Program-made: the position numbers and the translations under genes | Shown here: positions 35,857 to 47,000 of the stretch, in pieces | Layout of the letters: each line of letters opens with the position of its first letter | How positions within the stretch are numbered: position 1 is the first letter of the stretch | Source of the DNA: Gemmatimonadota bacterium | GTDB lineage: Bacteria > Gemmatimonadota > Gemmatimonadetes > Gemmatimonadales > GWC2-71-9 | Assembly (NCBI GenBank): GCA_039588295.1 | Contig: JBDHAB010000003.1 | Span: 73,983 to 137,982 of the forward strand | DNA length: 64,000 bases | Reading direction: 5' to 3' | The notes under the pieces: model-generated | What the model was told of the DNA's origin: nothing | The model's input: the letters and a program-made list of their open reading frames with translations, nothing else | Databases searched by the model: none

Positions 35857-36402
35857 CTACCAGGTGTGGTCGGGAACGCCCGCGTGGTGATTCGCCAGCC
35901 GCGCCAGCGTGAACAGGAGGTCCGAGAGTCTATTCAGGTACCCGAGGATTTCGGGTGGTACGCCAGCTTCTCGGTGGAGCGCAACCACGCGACGCTCTGC
36001 CCGCCGACACACGGTCCGAGCCAGGTGGAGATAGACTGCCTTTGGGCTTCCGCCGGGGATGACGAAGGCACTGAGTGGTGTCAGTTCGGTGTTGGCGCGA
36101 TCGATGGCCTGCTCGAGCGTCTCGGTCCGCTCGTCGGCGAGGACGGCCTTCTCCAGCGCTTTGGCCACCCGCTCGGGATCGGGGCTCGCCAAGCGCCCCC
36201 CGATGGCAAACAGGTCCACCTGAATCGACGTCAGCAGCTCCAGCTCGAAGTCCTGCGGATCGGTCGCGATCAGCACTCCGAGCACCGCGTTGAGCTCGTC
36301 AATGTCGCCATACGCAGCGACGCGGGAATGGCTCTTCGGGACTCGCCCTCCACCAAACAGTGAGGTCTCGCCTTCGTCTCCAGATCTCGTGTAGATCTTC
36401 AT
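35857..36402 (-). CDS. ATP:cob(I)alamin adenosyltransferase, PduO type
   Basis: MKIYTRSGDEGETSLFGG.RVPK, YGDIDELN, ARTVCRRAER, YLNRLSDLLF. Confidence 0.95.
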   Translation of the reverse strand: MKIYTRSGDEGETSLFGGGRVPKSHSRVAAYGDIDELNAVLGVLIATDPQDFELELLTSIQVDLFAIGGRLASPDPERVAKALEKAVLADERTETLEQAIDRANTELTPLSAFVIPGGSPKAVYLHLARTVCRRAERRVVALHREAGVPPEILGYLNRLSDLLFTLARLANHHAGVPDHTW

Positions 36403-36472
36403 TGCCCCGGGAAGCTAGGGAGCGCGACGCCACCCCGCCACCATACGGACGTGCAGGCGGGCGCCTTGGTCC

Positions 36473-38722
36473 TCACTCGATAAGCACACGTTCTTGGGCC
36501 GAAACGAAGAGGACATCTTGCATGGCCGGGTAGCGCAGCAGGAGTTCGCTACCCTTGTCACGCAGGCGTTGTTCGGTGAGACCGAGAACCACGAGGTCGG
36601 CGTCGGCGGAGCGGCGCTCGACGAGTCCGGCGAAATCGACCCCGTCGTCGGTCGGGATGACCCTCACGTTCTTCGGGCCGATGGGCAGCCGCCCCGAGCG
36701 GATCATGTCATGGAGCTGTGCCCATCGCTCTCCGACATCCTCCCGCGGGAATGCAGCAAAGATGCGGATCTCGGCCTTCCGCCAGTCTGGATGGCCCAAC
36801 AGGATATAGGCGAGGAGGATCATCAAGTTCGCGTTACGATAGTCGTGCCAGGTGAGCCACACGTGGATGTTCGACTTCTCACCGAAAAAATGGTCTCCAT
36901 GACGCAGCACGAGCGTGTTGAGTCGTGCGGCGCTGGCGATCATGCATCCCTCTTGTACCTCGCGAAGAATCTCCGGCGGGTCGTGCTCGGAGAACTCGAG
37001 CAGGATGCAATTGTTGTCTTGGCCCGAGATGCCCGGCAACTGTACTGCCTGTGCCAGCGCCGAGTGCATGGACGGTGAGATCATGGTATCGACGTAGATG
37101 GCGGCCCTCCGTGCCCGGCTCAACTCGAGCAACCTGCTCTGCTGCTTGCGACTCTCGTTGAAGGTGCGGTCATCGAGCCGGCCCTGGATGTAGTGCATGT
37201 AGGTGCCTACGCCGTAGCGGTGGCACAGCCAGGTGAGAAACTGCAGCGGCGCCACCCGGTCGAAGGTCCGTCCGTTCACCATGATCACGCTCGGACGCCA
37301 CTCGTCGCTCGTCGGGCGTGGTCCACTCGCCTGTAACCGAATCTGGAAGTATCGGGTCACCTGGGTCATGACGCCCTTGAAGATGGCCGCGAGGTCGTCG
37401 CCACCACGGCTTGCTCGGATGACTCGATAGAGGACGATCATGATCGCGATGGCGAGCAGGGCGTACAGCGGGTCCATCTGAAACATGAGAAACAGGCACA
37501 TCAACGACCCGAACAGGCTGATGTACCACTTTGACCGGAAGCTGGGGCGGAAGCTGGGGCGAGCGGCGAGGTGTTCCATCGCGCTGATGGCGCAGAGCGA
37601 GCCGTAGGTGACCATGAAGAACATGGAGATGACGCGCGCGACGATATCCACATTGCCGAGCGCCACTGTGACGAAGGCAATGGCGGCCGTAACGATCGTG
37701 GCGTTCCGAGGCTCGTTGGTCTCGCCGAGTCCGGCGCCCAAGAAGTGGTTCAAGCGTTGAATCGGCGCGATGCGGTCGCCGCCCAGGGCCTGCAGCGTCC
37801 GTGGAGCCACGAGGATTGAGCCAATCGCCGACGAGAGAGTAGCGGCTGCGAGTCCGAGCGGAATGATCGGACCCCAAACCGCTATGTCCGCCATGACCAA
37901 CTGGTCGGCCGCGAGCACGTCCGGAGTAGCCGAACGCGCCAGCTTGAGGACGACGAGCACATAGACCACGATCCCGACCGCGGTCGCGGACAAGACGCCC
38001 AGTGGGATCGAGCGCCGCGGGTTGGCCAGGTCACCCGAAAGTCCCACGCCAGCGGTCATACCGGTGAACGCTGGGAACACAATGGCGAACACCACGATGA
38101 ACGGATCGTGGTCGGCAACGCGGTCCAGCACGGCAAGCCCGCCGGCTTGACCGTCCTCCGCTGCCGTGCCCAGGAAGAAGAACAGCAGGGACACCGCGAG
38201 GATCGCGACGACCACCCAGAGTGCTCGGACGCCGAGTTGGGCCCCGCGGGTCAAGACCAGCCAGCTGAGTCCCACCGTGGCTGGGACGGAGATGATGCGT
38301 GGGTCGAAGGGGAACCCAATGGTCGACTCGAACGCGCCGGCGAGAGGCCGGAATGCTTCGGCGAAGGCAATCAGGTAGAAGCCGACAGAGATCGCTTGGG
38401 AGAGGAACAACGAGATTCCGATTGCGGCGCCGATGGTGGTCCCGAACGACCGTGAGATGATGAAGTACTCTCCGCCACCTTCCACACGCCGATTGGTGGC
38501 GATCTCCGCGATCGCCAGTGCGGTCGGCAGGGTCACGAGGTGACCCAACAGAATGATCAGGAGGCCGCCGATGAATCCGGCGTGCCCGACGGCGTAGCCG
38601 AAGCGCAAGAAGAGGATGGCTCCGAGGATCGTACTGACGCTGGCGAGGAACACGGGCGCGGTGCCAAATCCGTGGCCGCCCGGTGCTGTCGGTACTTGGG
38701 TCTGCGTCACCGGGCGGCTCAT
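36473..38722 (-). CDS. Amino acid permease / cation-chloride cotransporter (SLC12-like) family protein
   Basis: STILGAILFLRFG, ATN..VEGGGEYFIISRSFG, FPAFTGMTAG..LSGDL, APRTLQAL; C-terminal soluble domain starting WRP. Confidence 0.88.
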   Translation of the reverse strand: MSRPVTQTQVPTAPGGHGFGTAPVFLASVSTILGAILFLRFGYAVGHAGFIGGLLIILLGHLVTLPTALAIAEIATNRRVEGGGEYFIISRSFGTTIGAAIGISLFLSQAISVGFYLIAFAEAFRPLAGAFESTIGFPFDPRIISVPATVGLSWLVLTRGAQLGVRALWVVVAILAVSLLFFFLGTAAEDGQAGGLAVLDRVADHDPFIVVFAIVFPAFTGMTAGVGLSGDLANPRRSIPLGVLSATAVGIVVYVLVVLKLARSATPDVLAADQLVMADIAVWGPIIPLGLAAATLSSAIGSILVAPRTLQALGGDRIAPIQRLNHFLGAGLGETNEPRNATIVTAAIAFVTVALGNVDIVARVISMFFMVTYGSLCAISAMEHLAARPSFRPSFRSKWYISLFGSLMCLFLMFQMDPLYALLAIAIMIVLYRVIRASRGGDDLAAIFKGVMTQVTRYFQIRLQASGPRPTSDEWRPSVIMVNGRTFDRVAPLQFLTWLCHRYGVGTYMHYIQGRLDDRTFNESRKQQSRLLELSRARRAAIYVDTMISPSMHSALAQAVQLPGISGQDNNCILLEFSEHDPPEILREVQEGCMIASAARLNTLVLRHGDHFFGEKSNIHVWLTWHDYRNANLMILLAYILLGHPDWRKAEIRIFAAFPREDVGERWAQLHDMIRSGRLPIGPKNVRVIPTDDGVDFAGLVERRSADADLVVLGLTEQRLRDKGSELLLRYPAMQDVLFVSAQERVLIE

Positions 38723-38879
38723 GCGGGAAGCCGGTTGATGAGCATCGAGCGTGGGCCGCGTGTGCAGTGTCGCATGGCGCACAAGTTAGTGCCCTGGTCG
38801 CGCTCGTCCATAGTGATGCGGTTACCGCGACTCGGTCCGGCCTGTATGATCCATCCTGTGCGGTGCACGGGGAAATTCC

Positions 38880-40283
38880 ATGCTTGACGTGGGTCCGTCG
38901 TCCAAACCGCTGCGCGTAGCCGTCGTTGGCGCCGGCCCGGCGGGGTTCTACGCTGCGGAGCATCTGTGTAAGCGTCCGGGACTGTCGGTCGAGGTCGACA
39001 TACTCGAACGGCTGCCCACGCCGTTCGGGCTCGTCCGGTTCGGGGTGGCGCCGGACCATCAGAAGATCAAGAGTGCGACCAAGGCGTTCGATCGTGTGGC
39101 GTCGCGGCCAAACGTGCGATTCTTTGGCAACGTGGAGTTCGGCGCGCACGTGCGGCTCGACGATCTTCGGCGGCATTACCATCTTGTGTGCTTCGCTACC
39201 GGGGCGCAGACGGATCGGTCGATGGGGATTCCGGGAGAGGATCTGCTGCGCAGCCATCCAGCCACGGAGTTCGTCGCCTGGTATAACGGGCATCCGGATT
39301 TCCGCAACCATGAGTTCGATCTCTCGGTTGAGCGCGTGGCCGTCGTAGGTGTGGGGAACGTGGCGGTGGATGTCGCACGGATCTTGTGTCGTACGCCGGA
39401 GGAGCTCGCGACTACGGACATCGCGGATTATGCGCTCGAGGCGTTACGCGCTAGTCGGGTGCGGGAGGTCTACCTCTTGGGCCGCCGCGGCCCGGCCCAG
39501 GCGGCCTTCACCAACCCGGAGATCAAGGAACTGGGCGATCTGGAGGGCGCGGCTCTCGTGCTGGAGGCCGCGGAGGTTGAGCTCGACCCCCTCAGCCGGG
39601 AGCAGGTCGCCGCGCACGACGATCGCGCGACCCATAAGAAACTCGAGATTCTCCAGGAGTTGGCTGCGCGCGAGCCGGTCGAGAAACCCCGCACGCTGAG
39701 GCTCAGGTTTCTCGTCTCGCCGGTTGAGCTCGTTGGCGATGACGCGGGCCGCGTGGTCGGAATGCGCGTCGTGAGGAACCAGATCTTTCGCTCCGACGAT
39801 GGAACGCTTCGACCGCGGGCAACCGATCACGTAGACCACTTGCCGGTCCAAATGGTATTTCGCTCCGTTGGATACCGCGGTGTCACGCTGCCCGATCTCC
39901 CGTTCGACGAGCGTCGCGGCGTGATCCCGAACGAGCGCGGGCGGGTGGTTTTGCCTGACTCGGGACGGCCGCTCGCCGGCGTGTATGTGAGTGGCTGGAT
40001 TAAACGCGGACCGTCGGGAGTGATCGGCACGAACAAGCCGGATGCCGGGGAAACCGTCGATTGCATGGTCGAGGACGCCGCGCGTGGTGTGACCCTCCAG
40101 CCGTCCGACCCGGACCCGGATGCGGTCGAGGCGCTGCTCCGCGAACGGCAACCGGCGGTCGTCGTCTATCAGGACTGGCAGCGCCTCGATCAGGTTGAAC
40201 TGGAACGAGGAGCATCGCAGGGTCGGCCGCGCGTCAAGCTCACATCGGTCGCGGAGATGCTCGGCGTGCTGGAGCGGGCCTAA
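38880..40283 (+). CDS. NADPH:ferredoxin reductase, adrenodoxin-reductase/FprA-like
   Basis: VGAGPAGFY, PFGLVRFGVAPDH, FVAWYNGHP, GVGNVAVD, GRRGP.QAAFT, GWIKRGPSGVIGTN. Confidence 0.93.
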   Translation: MLDVGPSSKPLRVAVVGAGPAGFYAAEHLCKRPGLSVEVDILERLPTPFGLVRFGVAPDHQKIKSATKAFDRVASRPNVRFFGNVEFGAHVRLDDLRRHYHLVCFATGAQTDRSMGIPGEDLLRSHPATEFVAWYNGHPDFRNHEFDLSVERVAVVGVGNVAVDVARILCRTPEELATTDIADYALEALRASRVREVYLLGRRGPAQAAFTNPEIKELGDLEGAALVLEAAEVELDPLSREQVAAHDDRATHKKLEILQELAAREPVEKPRTLRLRFLVSPVELVGDDAGRVVGMRVVRNQIFRSDDGTLRPRATDHVDHLPVQMVFRSVGYRGVTLPDLPFDERRGVIPNERGRVVLPDSGRPLAGVYVSGWIKRGPSGVIGTNKPDAGETVDCMVEDAARGVTLQPSDPDPDAVEALLRERQPAVVVYQDWQRLDQVELERGASQGRPRVKLTSVAEMLGVLERA

Positions 40284-40295
40284 GCCAGGGTCGGG

Positions 40296-41798
40296 TCAGC
40301 GACCCAGCTGAACCACGACCGAGTCGATCTGCGCAAGCATCGCGTTGTACGGTACCGCGTGGTTATTGGCCATGACGGAGAACGCCAGCGTGGCACCGTT
40401 CGGCCGCTCGATGTATCCGGCGAGCGTATTCACGTGAAGGATGCTGCCGGTCTTTGCGAGCACCCGCCCTTCGAGCGGCGTTCCCACGAACCGTGTTCGC
40501 AACGACCCCCGTTGCCCGGATCGGGGAAGCCCTCGCAAGAATCCCGCGTTCTTGGGATGCTGACGCATGTACTGCAGCAGCTCGACGAATGCACGTGGGG
40601 TAAGCAGATTGCCCGTGGAGAGGCCGGAGCCGTCACTCAAGAAGAACTCGGTAGAGTCCACGCCGACGGAGTCGATCAGGAACTGACGCTCGATGGCCAG
40701 CCCCGCGTCCCAGGAACCCTCGTCCGCCAGCTCCCGTCCCAATGTCTTGAGCAGCATTTCGGCGAACCAGTTCTGGCTCGAGTTGAGAATTGGGAAGAGG
40801 TAGTCTCCGAGTGTGCGGGAGCCGAGTTCGGCAACGGCGGGAGTCGCGCGGCAGGCCTGAAATCGTGTGGGGTCGGTCGTGGAGTGGGTCGGGCCGGCCA
40901 CGCTCACTCCCGCCCGTGCCAGGGCGGCGCGGAGGGCCGTGGCGAAATACCGATTGGGATCGGGAATCGCGAAGTACTCGGTCCGTTCGCGTCCGTCGAT
41001 CGGCACGCCGCCCTCAGCCCAGATCTGCATCGTGCCCGGCGTACGGAAGAAATCGATGGTGCGGCGTTCTCCGGCGGGGAGGGTTCGCGTTCTGTTGTCG
41101 AACACGAAGTTCCCGAGCTGCGGTTCGAAACTCACGATGACGGGTGCGTCCACCGTCGGGCCTGGACGATAGATGACGTTCAGGCTGTTGTCATTGAATC
41201 CGAGGCCGGATACGGGCGCGGCGTACCACCAGTTGAGGTCGTAGGCCTCCCAGCCGGGATGAACGAGCTCCGCATCGAAGTAGCTGCCATCCCCGACGAT
41301 GGCGCCCGTAACGTGGCGGATCCCGCGCGCTGCAATACGGCGGGCAAGGACGTCCATCCGCGTCCACAGCGAATCGCAGGCTCCAACAGCGAGGGTGTCT
41401 GACCCGTAGCACCGCGGTGAGAACATGGGATCGCCTCGACCGTAGACGACGAGATCGCCGTCGAGTATCCCGTCGTTGATGGGGCCGGAGCCGTACACGC
41501 TGGTGACTGCTTCGTGTTCCGGCGGTAGCAGGACGCTGGCGACTGCGGCGACCACGAGCTTGACGTTCGAGGCCGGGATGAAGAAGCGATCGGCATTGCG
41601 ACTGTAGAGCTCCCGCCCCCGCTCGTCGACGACGAGGACACCCCACGTTGCGCGGTCAAACGGAGGGGAATCGAGCAAGCGGTCAATTCGTCGGCCAAGG
41701 CGTCCCTGGGCTTCGATCGAGGTGGTCGCCAGCAAGCTCAGCACGGCGAACAGGCAGGAGGGGGATACCCAGAATGGTCGGGCTCTAGAGATATTCAT
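40296..41798 (-). CDS. dacB: D-alanyl-D-alanine carboxypeptidase/endopeptidase (PBP4, peptidase S13)
   Basis: PASNVK (SxxK), SQN (SxN), KTG, DGSGLS; signal peptide. Confidence 0.93.
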   Translation of the reverse strand: MNISRARPFWVSPSCLFAVLSLLATTSIEAQGRLGRRIDRLLDSPPFDRATWGVLVVDERGRELYSRNADRFFIPASNVKLVVAAVASVLLPPEHEAVTSVYGSGPINDGILDGDLVVYGRGDPMFSPRCYGSDTLAVGACDSLWTRMDVLARRIAARGIRHVTGAIVGDGSYFDAELVHPGWEAYDLNWWYAAPVSGLGFNDNSLNVIYRPGPTVDAPVIVSFEPQLGNFVFDNRTRTLPAGERRTIDFFRTPGTMQIWAEGGVPIDGRERTEYFAIPDPNRYFATALRAALARAGVSVAGPTHSTTDPTRFQACRATPAVAELGSRTLGDYLFPILNSSQNWFAEMLLKTLGRELADEGSWDAGLAIERQFLIDSVGVDSTEFFLSDGSGLSTGNLLTPRAFVELLQYMRQHPKNAGFLRGLPRSGQRGSLRTRFVGTPLEGRVLAKTGSILHVNTLAGYIERPNGATLAFSVMANNHAVPYNAMLAQIDSVVVQLGR

Positions 41799-41912
41799 CG
41801 GTGTATGATCGATCGATGTGGTGGATGGAAACGTTGCGGCAAGCTATGGGCGGCTCGTGGGGCCGTCAAATCCGTCGATCCCGTGCCTGACGGCGCGCGG
41901 TCGTGGGTAGCG

Positions 41913-44039
41913 GTGCCCAGATTCGCCAGACGCGCCATTCTCGTCGGGGTTGGTGTAGGGGTCTGCGTCGCGTCGCCGGCAACGGGCCAGAGCCGCGGCC
42001 TCATCATCCGTGGGCTGTCGTTCAGCGGTAACCGCGCGATTGACGACAACACGCTGCGAATCTCCATTGCCACGTCACAGTCCACCTTCTTTGCACGCTC
42101 GCCGCTCGTTCGCTGGCTCGGCCTTGGTGAAAAGAAGTACTTCAACGAGATCGAGTTCCGCCGCGACGTTCTTCGACTCACGGCGCTGTATCGGCAAGGG
42201 GGGTTCGTGGACGCCACCGTTGACACGGTCGTCCGCCGAACCGATCGCGACGTCGACGTGCGGTTTACGATCTTCGAAGGGGAGCCGATCCGAGTCTCGT
42301 CGCTGCAGGTGAACGGCGTGGACGAGTTCGTTCCCGCAGGGGCGTTATCCGCGGCGTTGCCACTCCGGGTGGGTGATCCCTTCAATCGACTGCTGATGCT
42401 GGCGTCTGCGGACACGGTGCGGGGACGCCTCGCCGACCGCGGCTACCCATTTGCAGAGGTGTATCGCAACTTCGATGTGGATCGTGTGGCTCGCACAGCC
42501 GCGATCGAGTTCGACGTGGACCCAGGCATGCGGGCTACCGTCGGCGACGTCGAGGTCGTGGGTGCCGGCCGGCTGGATGACCGGGTCATTCGCCGAACCC
42601 TCTCGGTCCGGCCGGGGCAGGTGTTCCGTCAGCGCGATCTCTATCAGAGTCAGCTCGATCTGTACCGAACCGGTCTCTTCAACTACGCGAACGTGGCGCT
42701 GGTCGACACGCTCGGGACCGCTGCGGCCGACTCGCAGGTGGATGTGCGTGTCCGCGTGCTCGAGGGTCCACGGCAACGTGTGCGTCTTGGTGGAGGGTAC
42801 GGCACGATCGACTGTTTCCGGACCTTGGCCTCCTGGATGCTCCTCGATTTCCTTGGTGGGGGCCGGAGCCTCGAGCTGAAAGGTCGACTCTCCCAGATCG
42901 GCACCGGTGACCCCTTGGGCGGGGGCTTCGAGAACTCGGTGTGTCCTGCGCTCTCCGACGAAGACGTGAGTCGCCTCAAGCTGAACTACAACGTCACCAT
43001 GGCGTTCCGACAGCCGTATGTGTTCTCGCGGCGCACGAGTGCGACGCTTGCCCTGTTTGCCGAGCGATACACCGAGTTCCAAGCCTATCTCCGTCAGGCG
43101 GTGGGTGGAGATCTCGGCTTCACCTATCGGGCGCGCCCCGACCTGCCCATCACGGTGTCCTATGGACTCTCCTACGGCAGCACGGAGGCGGACCCCGCGA
43201 ATTTCTGCACGTTTCTGAACGTGTGCCTCGTGGAGGACACCATATTCACGCGCAAGCTCCGGCGGGCCACCCTCTCGCTGGCGGCCGTTCGCGACCACCG
43301 GAATTCTGTGCTCAACCCGTCCAGTGGGAGTTGGCTCGCCGGCGAGGTCCGGTTCTCGGCACCGGTAATCGGCTCGGACACGCTGATGCAGTTTACCAGG
43401 GGCACGCTCGAGTTCGCCGCATATCGACGGGTGGGACGCCAGAGCGTGATCAGCGTTCGCGCAAAGCTCGGGACGGTCCTCCCTGCGGAGCTCGGTCCTA
43501 CCGGGGGAGAGCTACGGTACGTTCCGACGGAAGAACGGTTCTATGCCGGCGGCGCCAGCACGGTTCGCGGGTACGGTCAGAACGAGCTTGGGCCACAGGT
43601 GCGGGTGCTCGATACCGTGATCACCCGCCAGGAGCAGCAGAACGGCCAGCCGGTCACCGTCGTGGATAGCGTCATTCGAACGTCTCCCGCCGGTGGAAAC
43701 GACTTGCTCCTCGCCAACGTGGAGTTTCGCTTCCCGATGCCGGGTTTCGGGGGCAAGCTCTCGGGCGCACTGTACGTTGATGCAGGTCGGGTGTTCAGTC
43801 GAGGGAGCGAGACCCCAGGTCCGAGTGGTCTGCGGGTCACACCGGGGCTCGGCGTCCGGATCACGTCACCGCTGGGACCGATCCGGTTCGATGTTGGATT
43901 CAACCCGTATGCCGTGGATGAGAGCCCCCTGTACCAAAAACAGAATGGGGAACTGGAACTCGTGATTGACCCTTACCGCCCCAGCCGCAGTTTCTTGGGC
44001 CGGTTCAGACTCCACTTTTCCGTGGGTCAGCCGTTCTAA
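41913..44039 (+). CDS. BamA/TamA (Omp85) family outer membrane protein
   Basis: Signal peptide from GTG 41913 (start estimated); POTRA-like repeats; FYAGGASTVRGY; SPLGPIRFD; C-terminal SVGQPF. Confidence 0.92.
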   Translation: MPRFARRAILVGVGVGVCVASPATGQSRGLIIRGLSFSGNRAIDDNTLRISIATSQSTFFARSPLVRWLGLGEKKYFNEIEFRRDVLRLTALYRQGGFVDATVDTVVRRTDRDVDVRFTIFEGEPIRVSSLQVNGVDEFVPAGALSAALPLRVGDPFNRLLMLASADTVRGRLADRGYPFAEVYRNFDVDRVARTAAIEFDVDPGMRATVGDVEVVGAGRLDDRVIRRTLSVRPGQVFRQRDLYQSQLDLYRTGLFNYANVALVDTLGTAAADSQVDVRVRVLEGPRQRVRLGGGYGTIDCFRTLASWMLLDFLGGGRSLELKGRLSQIGTGDPLGGGFENSVCPALSDEDVSRLKLNYNVTMAFRQPYVFSRRTSATLALFAERYTEFQAYLRQAVGGDLGFTYRARPDLPITVSYGLSYGSTEADPANFCTFLNVCLVEDTIFTRKLRRATLSLAAVRDHRNSVLNPSSGSWLAGEVRFSAPVIGSDTLMQFTRGTLEFAAYRRVGRQSVISVRAKLGTVLPAELGPTGGELRYVPTEERFYAGGASTVRGYGQNELGPQVRVLDTVITRQEQQNGQPVTVVDSVIRTSPAGGNDLLLANVEFRFPMPGFGGKLSGALYVDAGRVFSRGSETPGPSGLRVTPGLGVRITSPLGPIRFDVGFNPYAVDESPLYQKQNGELELVIDPYRPSRSFLGRFRLHFSVGQPF

Positions 44040-47000
44040 TGCTCGGTCGTACGCTCGGCTGGATCGCGGTGGCGGTAAGCTCGCTGGCGGGCACGGTCCT
44101 CGGGGTGACCGGAGTCGCGCTGCGCACGCCCGTTGGTAGGCGGATCGTGGTGGAGCGGAGTGTGAGAGCGGTCAACCAGGAACTGCACGGTGCCCTGACG
44201 GTCGGTGGGGTCGGGGGCTCGTTCTTCCGCGGGCTCGAAGTCCAGGACGTGGCGGTCCGCGGCGCCGATGGAACAGCGATCCTCACGGCCGATCTGGTGG
44301 GAATCCGCTATCGCATCGCGGATCTCCTCCGGGGACGCATCGTGTTTGGCGAGCTTCGGCTCAGCGGGCCCAAGGTCACGCTGGTGCAGGCTGCGCCGGG
44401 TGAGCCCTTCAACTTTGAGCGGTTGTTTCCACCAGGCGAACGCACTGGTGGTCCGGGACCGCTGATCGCGTTCAACGACGTGCAGATCAGCGGTGGAGAG
44501 TTCGTGATCAAGACGCCGGTCGGCCCGCGGGACACGGTGCACGAGCGGGAATCCGGCTCGAATGGTGATCTCCAGGTACGTCGCTTTGCGTCGCTGTACG
44601 GGACGCTCTCCTACTTACGGGTAGCATCGAACCGGCCCGGTGATCCCATCCTGGCGGAGATCAACCACCTGCGCACGGAGGCATCGGATCCACGCATCAG
44701 CGTGCTCAATGCCCGTGGCTCCGTCGAGCTCTTCGGTGACTCGGTTCGCTTGAATCTTGCCGAAGTGCGACTGCCGCGGACCCGTGGCGAACTCTCGGGA
44801 CGACTGTCGTGGGACCAGGGTCCGCTACTCGTCGCCTTCCGTGGGGAGGCTACGCCGGGCCGGACCGACGACGTGCGGGGGCTCGTGGCGACCTTGCCCG
44901 CCGGCATAGCCGGTAACGGTCGGTTCACGGTGAACTCCATGGACGACGCGGTCTTGGAGTTCTCAGGCGAGGAACTGGTGATGACGGCGGATGACGGTGG
45001 TCGCATGCGTGGGCGTCTGGGGATGCGGATCGGCCCGGGCGAACAATGGGCGTTTCAAGGTACTTCGCTCGATCTCGACGCCTTCGATCTCGACTACGTG
45101 CGGGGGTTCTTGGACACGGTACCGTTCGCCGGGACGCTGACGGGGTCGCTCGCGGCTGACGGACCGGCCGATAGCCTCCGGCTCAGTCTGGACGCGACGT
45201 TCACCGATCGGTTGGTGGGGGACGAACCGCAGTCCTATGTCCGAGGCGAGGGTGTCGTCGCAGTTCTGAGTGACGATTTTGTGTTCGACCGATTCCGGGT
45301 GGAGGAAGCTGACATAGGTCTCGGGACGGTTCGGCGCCTCGTCCCAGCCATGGTCGTTCAGGGGAGACTCTACGCACGGGGATTGCTCGACGGATCGTGG
45401 CTGAACGCAACGCTTGCCGGGGAGCTGCGGCACCGTGATGCCCCACTACCAGAGACCGTGGCTCGTGGGCGGGTGCGTCTGGATGCGAGGCGCGACACCC
45501 TTGGCGTGTGGGTGGATGTGACGCTCGACTCGCTCCAGCTCGAGGGGCTCCGGTCGAGCTTCGACGGGTGGGCGCTGCAGGGCGCGTGGGCCGGTCCGCT
45601 CTCGTTGGCAGGGTACTGGGACTCGCTGGTGATCCAGGCCGACCTCGAAGGTCCCGCCGGGTCGGTGCGTGCTGCGGGCTCGCTCGAGCTGCTCGACAGT
45701 ATCACTGGGGCCCACGATCTCCACCTGCAGACCCGAAGCCTGGATCTCGCTGCTGTCCAGTCCGGGTTACCGCGGACTCGACTTTCAGGCGACGCGCGCG
45801 GCGCGGGATCCGCTGGGGCGGATGGTGCCAGTCGATTCCGCGCCTCGGTGGCGCTGGGTCGCTCCTCCATCAAGGGTGTCACGGTCGATAGTGTGGAGGC
45901 ACACGCTTCACTCGCGGACGGATTCCTTGGATTCGACACGCTCCAGGTGCTCGCCGCGGGTCTCGATGTTCAGGCTGCGGGCCGAATCGGCTTGGGTGCG
46001 GCGCAGCAGGACACGGTCACGTTTACCGCGACCACCGATACCATCGGCGTTCTCGAACCGATCATTCAGAGCTGGCTGGGACCGCTCGAGACCGACGAGG
46101 TCGCAGCGCGCCCTTCGGGCACGTTGCGGGCAGCGGGGCGTGTCATCGGATCGGTCGACGAGTACCAGGTGATCGCGGATCTCGAGATGTCGCAAGTGCG
46201 CCGCGGTCCTCTGTTCGTGAGCCGAGCGGGGGGGGCCGCGACATGGGTATCGACGACTCGATCGTTGCGGTTCGATGGCGTCGTGGATTCAACCGTCGTG
46301 GGAGCGGTGGCACTCGGTGGTCTCAGGGTCCAACTCCACGGTCGGCCCGACTCGCTGAACTGGCACGGGCGCTCACGCCTGGGATACGGTGCGTGGATGG
46401 GTCGTGGGCAGTGGATTGCCAACCACGATGTCTCACGGGTGGTGCTCGATTCGCTCGGTCTCAGCCTCGCCAGCGGGCCATGGTTCATTGATACCGCGGC
46501 CAGCATCATACTCGACGACAGTGGCCTGACGTTCTCCGACCTGACGTTTGCCAGCCTGCGCGGCTCCGGCCGCCTCGCCGTGCGCGGCCGCTGGCCGTTT
46601 CGTGGACCCGGCACCCTCGATGGCTCAGTGAGCGGCCTCCCTGTGAGTGACGTGTTGGTGCTGTTGCTGCGGGACCCGGAAGAAGCCAGCGGCGAGTTGA
46701 GTGGGACCCTCGCGGTGGGCGGGACGGCTCGTGCTCCCGAGTTTCGGTTTCTCGTCAGCCTGCGCGACGGGGTCTACGGCGAGTTTCGGGCGCCGCCCGA
46801 TACACGGGGTGTCGTCGAATATCGAGACCGTGTGCTGGCCGCGGACCTGGAGCTGTGGCGTTTGGGGAAGCAGGTGCTCAAGGTCACGGCCGGCTTCCCG
46901 CTCGACCTGGCACTGACGGGTGCCGTACGTCGGCGGCTGCCGGGGCCGATACAGGTGCGCGCCATGGCGGAGGGGGTGGATCTGTCGCTGTTTGAGGCAA

